From positions 8,494,001-8,558,000 of the forward strand of contig NC_042999.1 in assembly GCF_006345805.1 (NCBI RefSeq): DNA of 64,000 bases. The letters run 5' to 3'. The notes below the pieces were generated by a model. That model searched no databases. It was not told the origin of the DNA and was given only the letters and a program-made list of their open reading frames with translations. The stretch comes from Octopus sinensis (taxonomy: Eukaryota). Shown here piece by piece: positions 11,405-22,470 of the stretch. How positions within the stretch are numbered: position 1 is the stretch's first letter; every line of letters begins with the position of its first letter. The position numbers and the translations under genes are program-made.

Positions 11405-11642
11405 AGTTCAAGGCAGCAAACTGGCAGAAAGGTTAACACACAGGGCAAAATGCTCGGTGGTATTTCCTCTGCCGTTACGTCCTGAGTTCAATTTCCGCTG
11501 AGGTCAACTTAGCCTTTCATACTTTCGAAGTCGATTGAATAAGTACCAGTTACGCACTGGGTTCAATGTAATCGACTTAATCCCTTTGTCTGTCCTTGTT
11601 TGTCCCCTCTATGTTTAGCCCCCTGTGGGCAATAAAGAAATA
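11405..11642 (+). mobile_element. SINE family B monomer
   Basis: Runs from ctggcagaaaggttaac to gcctttcat and ccccctgtgggcaataaagaaat. Confidence 0.85.
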
Positions 11643-11873
11643 AAAATAGTTCATCTCCGATCCTGTTCAGGTACAGGATGTTGATAAGTCACAAAAATGG
11701 TGAAGCACTGGTGTCCATCACTCCTGGATGGGATCAGAGGTAAGTTATTTCACCTGTCCATGACTTTCAGGTGTTTTGACACCTTGCATGTTGAGAGAGT
11801 ATTCTCTACCATGCTAAATCACAACCTATTGGAAAATACACGATGCATATATGTTAAGTGTATATACATATAT

Positions 11874-11924
<51 letters not shown>

Positions 11925-11933
11925 TATATATGT

Positions 11934-12000
<67 letters not shown>

Positions 12001-12002
<2 letters not shown>

Positions 12003-12168
12003 ATACTTTATTTAAAAGCAGCAGAAAATTCAACAAAACCTGTTACTCTGAGTTTCACGTTCCTGTTTGTCGGACAGTTTTTTCTAGCAAAAACTGTCCA
12101 ACGAACGAGAACGTGAAACTGAGTAACAGGTTTTGTTGAATTTTCTGCTGCTTTTAAATAAAGCATAT
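12001..12168. repeat. Near-perfect palindrome (about 80-bp arms), each arm a degenerate hammerhead-like motif
   Basis: Arms at about 12001-12082 and 12089-12168. The right arm reads ctgt-ccaacga-acg-agaa-cgt-GAAA-ctgag-TA-acag. Confidence 0.85.
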
Positions 12169-12244
12169 TACTCTACCACTGGTATTTGAGTACTCTTTTT
12201 TCCACCTTGTTTCACATTTATGTGTTTACTCCAGTATATATATA

Positions 12245-12290
<46 letters not shown>

Positions 12291-12297
<7 letters not shown>

Positions 12298-12449
12298 TGT
12301 TAAAGAGGACAACAAGCATTAATGTAAGACAAGCATCTCAAAGTTGTATGCAATATTATTATTAAATTTTTTCCAATAATAATAATGTTTATGACTTGAG
12401 ATGTTTGCTTTGCCTTAACGTTTGTTGTCCTCCTTTAACAATTATATAT
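12291..12449. repeat. Imperfect fold-back (about 58-bp arms) in a TA context, MITE-like
   Basis: aattgttaaagaggacaacaag...catctcaaag versus cttgagatg...ttgttgtcctcctttaacaatt. Confidence 0.7.
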
Positions 12450-12785
12450 CTGCTATATCGGAAATCTGCAATGGCTCCATAACTACTGTCTCGGCTATAA
12501 CCTTGGAGCCCTGGTAATCCGTTACAGCACTTAGCGTACCTAATCATTTATATTACTTATGAAATAAACCCCCATATTTTGTATAAATGTATATATATAA
12601 ATGAACTCAAAGACACCAGTGCCTCAAGGCTCAGGACCTCAGGGGCTTGTTAACTTAGTTTTCATGCTGTGTAAGTGACCAAGATCAGAACATTTCCCCT
12701 GAACTGGACACAAGTTTATCACAGGGTGACCTGTTTACTTTAATAGGCTAATGAATGCCGTGAAAATCATTTTTGTTATAAATCA

Positions 12786-13050
12786 GACTGGCTCCTGTGC
12801 CGGTGGCATGTAAAAAGCACCATCAAGACGTGGTTGATGCCAGTGCCACCTGACTGGCTCCTGTGCTGGTGGTATGTGAAAAGCATCCACTACACTCTCG
12901 GAGTGGTTGGCATTAGGAAGGGCATCCAGCTGTAGAAACTTTGCCAGATCAGATTGGAACCTGGTGCAGCCTCCTGGCTTGCAAGTCCTCAGTTAAACCG
13001 TCCAACCCATGCCAACATAGAAAGTGGACGTTAAACTATGATGATGATGA
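12786..13050 (+). mobile_element. RTE-associated 3'-UTR/SINE family C
   Basis: GCCGGTGGCATGTAAAAAGCACC repeats, AGGAAGGGCATCCAGCTGTAGAAAC, CCAACCCATG and a (GAT)n tail. Confidence 0.85.
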
Positions 13051-13844
13051 AAGAGTTATTAGCAAATAAAGTTTGAAAATTTGGAGTATTTTAGTCAATT
13101 GTTAGCCACAGACACATTCATGCCTGTTTCCATAGTAACAAGCCAAGCATGAGAACTATTTGTGCAAGAAAGCACATATTGACACATACTTTCCACTCAT
13201 TGAGGTGGTTGTCAGATGTGCTAAAAATAGCAGCCAAATAGGCCTTGACTCATGTACCAAAAAATACTTTTGTTTTATTTTTGGACAATCGCATGAATTC
13301 CTATGTGTAGAATACATATACACCAAATTTTTCTGAAAATACCAAAAAATGAAATAAGAGTAGAAATGGGTCGAGCAGAATTTGATTTGTTTTCGGTTGA
13401 CAACACGTGCTGTCATTCACAAAATGACAGCTTCCATAGCCTGTTTCCTGACTAGGTAGAAATGATCAAACTTTAAACCTCTATAACGTTTTAAAAACAT
13501 TTTTCTGGAAAAATTGAAATAACTCCAGCAATTCAGCTTGGAAAAGTACATTATTATACCAAATTTTAAAATTTTTGATTAACTGTAATATTTGAAATGC
13601 TGGCAACCAAACCAACTAGATCCTAAATCTTTCCTAATTTGAATATAATTGTAATGTGAGGCAGGAATCGAACTCTTCACTATAAATTCACATTGATGTT
13701 ACTGTTTGTTTTAACCCCAGGCCAGCCCTGATCCGATAGGTCTATAGCCAAAGACATCCCAACCATGGCCAGTCTGGTTATTTCATACATCAGCAATTCA
13801 TTTCATTATCCAACATAATCCAAGACCTGTTGAAGAAAGTGAAA

Positions 13845-14296
13845 TTGAAGTTGAAATCAAACTCGGTGACTGGCATCCATTGCTAGTGGAGTGCTAAGAG
13901 TACCATATGAGTGAGATCGTTGCCAGAGCAACAAGCTGGCCTTCGTGCCGGTGGCACAGAGAAAATACCATTCGAGCATGATCTTTACCTGCGTGGCCTT
14001 ACTAGCACTTGTGCTGGTGGCACATGAAACATTCGAGCGAGGTCGTCGCCAGTGCCACTGGACTGGCTCCTGTGCAGGTGGCATGTAAAAAGCACCATTT
14101 TGGCATGGCCATTGCCAGTACCACCAAACTGGCCCTCGTGTTGGTGGCACGTAAAAGCACCCACTACATTCATGGAGTGGTTGGTGTTAGGAAGGGCATC
14201 CAGTTGTAGAAACTCTGCCAGATCAAGATTGGAGTCTGGTTTGCCAGACCTCAGTCAAATCGTCCAACCCATGCTGGCATGGAAAGCGGACGTTAA

Positions 14297-14333
<37 letters not shown>
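13845..14333 (+). mobile_element. Family C element, long copy
   Basis: Same diagnostic motifs and (GAT)n tail. Confidence 0.85.
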
Positions 14334-14336
<3 letters not shown>

Positions 14337-14646
14337 TGTCTTTTTTTTTATTCAAGAAAGACAAAATATAATTTGTGGAGATTTGGGTGTTATTTCTTGC
14401 AGGTCATGTGATTCTTCCAAGTCCCCCACCCCCCTCCACCTCATGGGGCAGCTGTATAGAGAGATTAATTATACTACCACCTGGTACCTATTAAGTGCTT
14501 GGTAAACTTTGCCATTGAACATAAAATGTCTTCATCATTGACACAAAAGTGACAGGATATGAACTTTCAGTCTTTTGGCTGGCTGTCATTTACCAAATTG
14601 ACTTCGTCAATGGCTCTCCCTCCCTCTCTCTCCATCTCTCCCCTTT

Positions 14647-14689
<43 letters not shown>

Positions 14690-14961
14690 TCTCCTTCTTC
14701 TTCTTCTTCTTCTTTGCAATAAACACAGAAACTAAAATCAATAGGCCATCAATTCATTGAATTCCAACATTTTGTGCTTGGTTTTTTCCTCTCCATCGCC
14801 ACCACAACCCCACCACCTCTGCCACCACTGCCTCCATCGCCACCTCCACCACTCTTCACTGAGAATTTATGTTACTTGAAGCAAAAGAATAAATTATTCT
14901 GTTATAGAAATCGAAATATGGCAATACATACATATATATATATGTATGTATATGTATATGG

Positions 14962-14992
<31 letters not shown>

Positions 14993-15619
14993 TACTCATG
15001 CACAATATATATATATATGTACACACACAGACACACACACATACACAGAGGCACACACATATGCACATACACACATCTATTTATACATTTCTCTCCTGAT
15101 CTCTCTATTAATTAATCTATGAAAAGATCTTTCTGACTGAGCAGTGTTTTGTTGATTTATGTACACACAAACACTTTTATACACACACACACACATGCAC
15201 ACGCATGCACACGCAGTGTTATGTATGAATACATACATGCGTGTGTGTGCGTATGTGTGTGTGCCTGCATGTGAGTGTGTGTATGTGCATTGTCACATTG
15301 GATATTTTATGCATCCTCTAAATACACACACATTATATACATGTGTGTTTGGGGTTATAAATAACAAAAGTGTGCTCAATACTTGTTGTAGAGCTTATTT
15401 ATTTGGAAACAGCTGGTGATTCATACAGCTGTCACTTTCAAGGGGACAGCAATATGAAGAAGTAGTGTGGATTTAAAATGAATGGAATTTGTGGCCGAGG
15501 GAGAGTGAGGAAATTTTGGTGGGAAATGTTGAAAAAAATCTTGAGCTGTGTCAGATGGAAGAGACAACAAATGACTGAACTGATTGTTGATGCTCTGTGC
15601 TAGAGAAGAATGGCACGGC

Positions 15620-16015
15620 AATCATCATCATCATCATCGTTTAACGTCTGCTTTCCATGCTAGCATGGGTTGGACGATTTGACTGAGGGCTGGCGAACCA
15701 GACGGCTGCCCCAGGCTCCACTCTTGATCTGGCAGAGTTTGTACAGTTGGATACCCTTCCTAATGCCAACCACTCCAAGAGTGTAGTGGGTGCTTTTACG
15801 TGCCACCGGCACAGGGGCCAGTCAGGCGGTACTGGCAATGACCTCGCTCGAATCTTTTACACATGCCACTGGCATTGCTGGTAACGATCACGCTTGAATG
15901 GTGCCCTTTTACGTGCCACTGGCACAGAGGCCAGATAGCTGCTCTGGCAACGTTTATGCTCAGATGGTGCTCTTAACACCCTACTAGCACGGGGCTTGAG
16001 TGCCACAGACATTAA
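15620..16015 (-). mobile_element. Family C element
   Basis: Reverse complement of the family C motifs. Confidence 0.85.
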
Positions 16016-16075
16016 AACTGGTGCATGTATTTTTGTGTGTGTTTGTGCATATAGTTGTAACCATGACGACAAATT

Positions 16076-16279
16076 AAATAGTGATATTTCTGAAATCATT
16101 TAATATGCACATTTCAGGTTTGATTGATATGATAGGAAATGCATCTATTACATAAACCTTCCTCAGTAAAAGCATTTCACAAGTAACTGAGGAAGGTTTA
16201 CATAATGGATGCATTTCCTTTTATATATTGAGCAGATCTGAAATGTGCATATTAAATGATTTCAAAAATATCACTATTT
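16076..16279. repeat. Fold-back with about 92-bp arms, each containing a CTGAGGA...GAAA hammerhead-like core
   Basis: Arms at 16076-16167 and 16186-16279 with an 18-nt spacer; cores at 16187(+) and 16166(-). Confidence 0.8.
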
Positions 16280-16419
16280 GGCTTGACTTCATTATTGCAA
16301 CTAGTATGACTCGATGCCAGTACAAACTAACCAGTCTAGGCTCCACTTATGCTGATAGACTTGAGTCAAAAATTTCTGGCTCCAGGCACTACTTATTAGC
16401 ATATCCAGTGTCAGGTCAT

Positions 16420-16790
16420 TGGCACCCATGCCAGTGGCACATAAAAAACACCCACTACAGTTTCGGAGTGATTGGTGTTACGAAGGGCATCCAGCCATAG
16501 GAACCTTGTCAAATCAGATTGGAACCTGGTGCAACTCCCCAGCTTACTAGTTTTCAGCCAAACTGTCAAACCCATGCCAGCATGGAAAGTGGACATTAAA
16601 CAACGATGATGATGATGATCACAGGCATGGCTGTGTGGTAAGTAGCTTGCTTCCCAACCACATGATTTGAGGTTCAGTTCCACTGCGTGACACTTTGGGC
16701 AAGTGTCTTTTGCTACAGCCTCGGACTGACCAAAGCCTTGTGAGTGGATTTGGTAGATGGAAACTGAAAGAAGCCAGTCGTATATATAAG
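16420..16790 (+). mobile_element. Family C copy followed by a SINE family A head
   Basis: Family C at 16420-16620 and the family A head at 16622-16787. Confidence 0.8.
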
Positions 16791-16987
16791 CTACTTACCA
16801 CACAGCCATTCCTGTGATCATCATCATCATCGTTGTTTAATGTCCATCTATTTATGTGTTTGTTCTTCCACCATTGCTTGACGACCGATGTTGGTGTCTT
16901 TACCCCAGTGTCACTTGGATGGCATGCACTGCTCTCTCACTCAATAATGATAATAATAATAATAATAATAATGATAATAATAATAAC

Positions 16988-17047
<60 letters not shown>

Positions 17048-17051
<4 letters not shown>

Positions 17052-17185
17052 CATCCTACGCAGAACACTTTCCATACAATAACCATCAGAGCATCACAAC
17101 AAATCACAGCACATACCCAAGGCACACAGAGCTGCGCTCGGTAGTGAAGTGAAAGCACGCTATAAAAATAAAACTACTGAATAAT
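17048..17185 (+). mobile_element. R4/Dong LINE 3' terminal fragment inside (AAT)n
   Basis: cacatcctacgcagaacactttc...gaaagcacgctataaaaataaaactactgaataat matches the 8975-9120 copy and is flanked on both sides by (AAT)n. Confidence 0.85.
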
Positions 17186-17224
17186 AATAATAATAATAAT
17201 AATAAAAATAATAATAATAATAAT

Positions 17225-17387
17225 AACATTAAAAAATGCCTTAGGAATGAGAACTCAGATTTGAAATTTCCCCAAGACACCTGATAAAGACTAGAGGGTA
17301 TATCAGCTGAAACATTGTGTTAACAACAAACAAGATGAGGACAAATATCCATCAAATGTAAATAATGTAAATAATGTAAATAATGTA
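17225..17387 (+). mobile_element. Second, headless and degenerate copy of the HHR-bearing element
   Basis: Colinear with 10505-10648; the core is mutated to CTGATAA and GAAACATT, and the tail TGTAAATAA is repeated three times. Confidence 0.85.
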
Positions 17388-17732
17388 TACCCCTCCTGTC
17401 ATCCATCCAACTCTCATCACCAAAATGTCTAATGCTGCTGTTACAATGAAATACACCGAGTGCATTTTATTGCAGCACCAACATTAAAAACTGTAGGGGT
17501 CAAGAGTGGCCCTTAGTCTTGTTGAGGGCATGATATTCCCTTAGGGGTTTAGCATGCTATTGTGAGTATATTTTGTAAACTAGTTGGCATTGGGGAGTGT
17601 ATTGCGCAGCTGGGAGAAGGCCAAAAGTGAAGGTTACCAGCAAGATGGTGTCCTTGGTATTCTTTGAAGCATTTGATGAGAAAAACAACACCACCCCCCA
17701 CCGTACACGAATGGATAGAGCAGATGTAGAAC

Positions 17733-17958
17733 AATGATGATGGTGATGATTATGATGATGATGATGATGATGTGGACAGTAATGATGATGATGATGGAGA
17801 TAATGATGGTGATGATGCTGGTGCTGACGACCATGACAATGATGATGGCAGTGGTGGTGGTGGTGATGATGATGGTGATGATGATGATGATGATGATGAC
17901 AATGATGATGATGGTGATGATGATGATGATGATGAGGATTACAACAACAACAACAAAT
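17733..17958. repeat. (GAT)/(GGT) microsatellite
   Basis: Visible directly. Confidence 0.95.
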
Positions 17959-18342
17959 GACTGCATTCGTTAGTTAATATATTTAGGAGTTAATCTGCAG
18001 CTGAAAGAAACTTAGAAGCTTATTGAATCACATTTTCTTTCCTTTTTTTTTTTTGCTTTTTTTGGTTGAGGGTAAGAATTTTAGCTTCCTTTTCACCAAA
18101 CTTCATTCAAAAAAAGCATTTATTTCTATTTCTATTTTTTTTTTCCTTTTTTTTTTCCTGTTTGCAATGATATTAAAATATATTTTAAATGGAAAGAGTA
18201 ATATATATTAGAAATATATATATATTTTTTTTTTACATTTGATTTCTTCGTTATGAATTATCTCAGCAGGATGTATACCCAACGAATAAAGCAAGAATTA
18301 TTTCAAACAACGTCATACATTTCCTGTTCTATTTTCACTCAC

Positions 18343-18420
18343 CGTTATCGTGAATGCAGTAATTAAGAATCATCCGCCACAAGAGATCCAAGATGGATTT
18401 TATGTCTCCTTTTAGAATAT
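18343..18420 (-). CDS. Internal coding exon of a calponin-homology (CH) domain protein
   Basis: Strong polypyrimidine acceptor (gttgtttttctttgcag) and a GTGAGT donor. The exon is 78 nt, phase 1-1, and reads (D)ILKGDIKSILDLLWRMILNYCIHDN, resembling the DIVDGNxKLILGLIWxxILHY helix of actinin/filamin-type CH1 domains. Confidence 0.78.
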
Positions 18421-18493
18421 CTGCAAAGAAAAACAACGAAAAAACATAACATGTAGGTAAACAATTTCACCAAATAATAACCAAAAAAAAAAA

Positions 18494-18494
<1 letters not shown>

Positions 18495-18545
<51 letters not shown>

Positions 18546-18592
18546 TAATAATCGTCCAACCCATGCTAGCATGGAAAGTGGATGCTAAACGA

Positions 18593-18636
<44 letters not shown>

Positions 18637-18676
18637 TGTCCAACCCATGCTAGCATGGAAAGTGGATGCTAAACGA

Positions 18677-18756
<80 letters not shown>

Positions 18757-18770
18757 CATAATAATAATAA
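18495..18770. repeat. (AAT)n array with two embedded 45-bp family C termini
   Basis: gtccaacccatgctagcatggaaagtggatgctaaacgatg at about 18553 and about 18638. Confidence 0.9.
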
Positions 18771-18943
18771 TATTTCGTTTTTGGATTTGGTTTGCAAGAT
18801 TCTTTATATGAGTTCGTGTGTTGAAGCATATTTTGTTGTGTCTGGGGAGAGTCATTTTCTTTTCGTGCCTTATAATGTATCACACTGTTATATTATAGGG
18901 GTGTTATATTATAAGGCACAAAAAGAAAATGACTCTCCCCAGA
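18771..18943. mobile_element. Dispersed repeat end with a 36-bp inverted duplication (Penelope-like terminus or MITE)
   Basis: 18841-18876 is the reverse complement of 18908-18943 (1 mismatch), and 18771-18876 recurs inverted at about 42045-42150. Confidence 0.65.
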
Positions 18944-18994
18944 AAAAATAGGATAACAACAATAACAACAACGACGACAACAACAACAATAATA

Positions 18995-19330
18995 ATCATA
19001 TTCTATTGTCAAGGAAGCTTGCAAATTCGCAAGGTAATTTGACATTAATCCTGAAACATTTGAAGAACCTGAGACCATTGCCACAAAACAAGCAAAATGG
19101 ATCAAGCAGACTGCAAAAAAGAATGGGCAGAAAAAAATTGAGGAGTGATGGAGCCAGAAGCCTCTGCATGGACAGTATATATTTCGAAGTTGAAATGTTG
19201 ATGCAGACCAAGCAACAATCTATTGGTGGCTGAGAAGTTCAAGACTGACGGCAGAGACTGAAGGTTTCATATTGGCAGCACAAGATCAAAGATTGCTCAC
19301 AAAAAAACTACCAGGCTAATGTTCTTTGAG
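18995..19330 (+). mobile_element. R4/Dong LINE fragment (post-RT region), degenerate
   Basis: Reads W..KPLHGQY...WWLRSSRLTAETEGFILAAQDQRLLTK.YQANV and is preceded by (AAC/AAT)n. Confidence 0.82.
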
Positions 19331-19332
19331 AA

Positions 19333-19622
19333 TGGTCAACGCCAGTGCCACCTGACTGGCTCCCATTCTAGGGGCACATAAAAAGCACCATTCAAACATG
19401 GTCGATGCCGGTGCCACCTGACTGGCTCCCATGCCGGTGGCATGTAAAAGGCACCTGCTACATTATCGGAGTGGTTAGCATTAGGAAGGGCATCCAGCTG
19501 TAGAAACCTTGCCAAATCAGATTGGACCCTGGTGCAGCCTCCGATCTTCCCAGACCCCAGTCCAACCATTCAACCCATGCCAGCATGGAAAGCAGCATTA
19601 AAAGATGATGATAATGATGAGG
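19333..19622 (+). mobile_element. Family C element
   Basis: Diagnostic motifs and (GAT)n tail. Confidence 0.85.
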
Positions 19623-19997
19623 ACAGCAAAGGCTTTATTTGTCTAGACTGGAACACTGAGGTAATATCCTGTTGAAATGTCCATACCTGTAACGATTCCA
19701 CCACACGAAAATGAATGACAGGGGAAGAGATTTCTCCCTTACATTTTGTTATGAGAAAATCCTGAACACCCCCACGTGACTTGGACTGACCGATCATGAT
19801 AAATAAGAACTAAGTGAACTAACAGGAGTGTAGCTGACTTTGTTAGCTCGATGTGTGTTGGTTTAATAGTTGGCAGTTGAGCAGTGAATACTGAATATCG
19901 TACCAATGTTTGAGTAGTACCGAGTGCATTCTATGTTAACATATGTTTCTGAGATAGGTTATTTTTAGACAACCACAACCAACTATTTATTAGTATA

Positions 19998-20419
19998 ATA
20001 CCTATTTCTTAACTACCCACAAGGGGCTAAACACAGAGAGCACAGACAAGGACAAACAGACGGATTAAGTCGATTACATCGACCCCAGTGTGTAACTGGT
20101 ACTTATTTAATTGACTCCAAAAGGATGAAAGGCAAAGACGAAGTCGGCGGAATTTGAACTCAGAACGAAGCGGCAGACGAAATACCTATTTCTTTACTAC
20201 CCACAAGGGACTAAATACAGAGAGGACAAACAAGGACAGACAAACGGATTAAGTCGATTATATCGACCTCAGTGCGTAACTGGTACTTATTTAATTGACC
20301 CCGAAAGGATGAAAGGCAAAGTCGACCTTGGCGGCATTTGAACCCAGATCGTAGCGGCAGACGAAATACCACTAAGCACTTCGCCTGGCGTGCTAACATT
20401 TCTGCCAGTTTGCCACCTT
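19998..20419 (-). mobile_element. SINE family B dimer
   Basis: A full unit plus a headless unit joined at GGTATTTCGTCTG. Confidence 0.85.
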
Positions 20420-20812
20420 ATTTGTATAATACCATTTTAAACCAGACGTGTATACCCACATCATAACAAATTCGACAGTTCCACGTCTTTTTTTTTAAAT
20501 GAATGTAAATAAGGTTAGTACACAATGTGTGATATCACGTGTTTCAGGATTAGCTGACGAATGCAGTTGTGGTTCCATGCGGTTCCTGAGGGGAACAGCT
20601 GCAATGCAACAGAATTATAAATAAATTGATTAAGATTTTACAGTTTCTTATTGTTTCAGTTATTAATTAATTATCTTTATCAATTATGAAGCACATTGGC
20701 TAAGAAATTAACGAATGTACGCTTCACAACTTAATTCTTACTTCAGCGCTGTAATGTAAGGTAGATAACTCTAGTCACCCCAATTTACCTTAAAAGAAAT
20801 AGTTTCCCATTT

Positions 20813-22084
20813 AAAAGTAGACAAATGAGGATGAATATACTTAATAAATAAAGTGAGCCATTATGAGAATGTTAACTTTTCACTGTTACCATGGCAACTC
20901 ACAATATTTCTTCTTTGAGTATATGGTTGGAAGCTGAGTCTACAGAGAGGGGTTCCAACTAGATGAAATGCACCATGGGTTTCCAATATTCCTTTGGCTT
21001 AAAAAGGGTCAGCAGAATTCTGACCCTTAACTCTAGTCACCCTAATCTACCTTAAAAGAAATAGTTTCCCATTTAAAATCCTTTTTTTCCCTTTTTCTTG
21101 TATTAGTCATTTGACTGCGGTCATGCTGGAGCACCAGGAAGGACTTCCAGCAATAAAAAGAATTGTTAAAAAAAGAAAACAATATCTTAGAAAATGAATA
21201 TCTTTTATCTTTTATTTTTTTTTACTTTGAGTGTGGCCATGCTGGGGCTCTGCCTTGAAAGGTTTAGTTGAACAAATTTATCCTTGTCCTTATTTTTGAT
21301 CTGGTACTTATTCTGTCCATCTCTTTTGCCAGGCTGCTAAGTTATGTGATTATAGGAAAATTCAACACTGGTTGTCAAACACAAAGGCATGCATGCACAC
21401 ACATGTGACAGGCTTCCATTCAGTTTCCACCTATCGAATCCATTCACAAAGTATTGTTCAGTTCAGGGTTATAGTGGAAGGCACTTGCTCGAGGTACCAC
21501 ATGGTAGGACTGAACTTGAAAGCACAGAGTTACAAAGCAAGCTTGTTAACCACACAGCCATGCCAACCTTTAGTATTTAGCAACATAAAGAGGGATCTAA
21601 TTCCATAGGGATTCCAACTAGAACATTGCAAAATACAATGAGATGTTGAAGCTAAGAAGGCTGCAGTTATGTTTCAAATACATTCAAATATATGTAAATA
21701 TATGCAAATATATGCAAATATATTCAAATAGGAAAAGTAGACAAATGAGGATGAATATACTTAATAAATAAAGTGAGCCATTATGAGAATGTTAACTTTT
21801 CACTGTTACCATGGCAACCCACAATATTTCTTCTTTGAGTATATGGTTGGAAGCTGAGTCTACAGAGAGGGGTTCCAACTAGATGAAATGCACCATGGGT
21901 CTCCAATATTCCTTTGGCTTAAAAAGGGTCAGCAGAATTCTGACCCTTAACTCTAGTCACCCTAATCTACCTTAAAAGAAATAGTTTCCCATTTAAAATC
22001 CTTTTTTTCCCTTTTTCTTGTATTAGTCATTTGACTGCGGCCATGCTGGAGCACCAGGAAGGACTTCTAGCAATAAAAAGAATT
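20813..22084. repeat. Local 352-bp direct duplication (20813-21164 and 21733-22084)
   Basis: Four mismatches seen by eye; offset 920 bp. Confidence 0.9.
21222..21567 (-). mobile_element. SINE family A, diverged
   Basis: Contains gtggccatgctgggg...ggttgtcaaac...accacacagccatgcc. Confidence 0.7.
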
Positions 22085-22115
22085 TTGGTGTGGTTAGAGG
22101 AAAATCCAAACAGAC

Positions 22116-22117
<2 letters not shown>

Positions 22118-22159
<42 letters not shown>

Positions 22160-22470
22160 TGTTTAATGTCCACTTTCCATGCTGCCATGGGTTGGACAAT
22201 TTGACTGAGGACTGGCAAGCCAGGAAGCCACACCAGACTCCAGTCTGATCTGGCAAAGTTTCTACAGCTGGATGCTCTTCCTAACGCCAACCACTCCAAG
22301 AGTGTAGTGGGTGCTTTTATATGCCAGTCCAGTGGCATTTCCAAAGACCACGCTCAAATGTTGTTTTTCATGTGCCACTGGCACATGTGCCACTGGCACA
22401 TGTGCCAATAAGGCAATGCTGGCAACAATCACGCTTGAATGATGCTTTTTACTTGCCACCAGCGCGGGAA
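22118..22470 (-). mobile_element. Family C element
   Basis: Reverse-complement motifs with (CAT)n. Confidence 0.85.
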
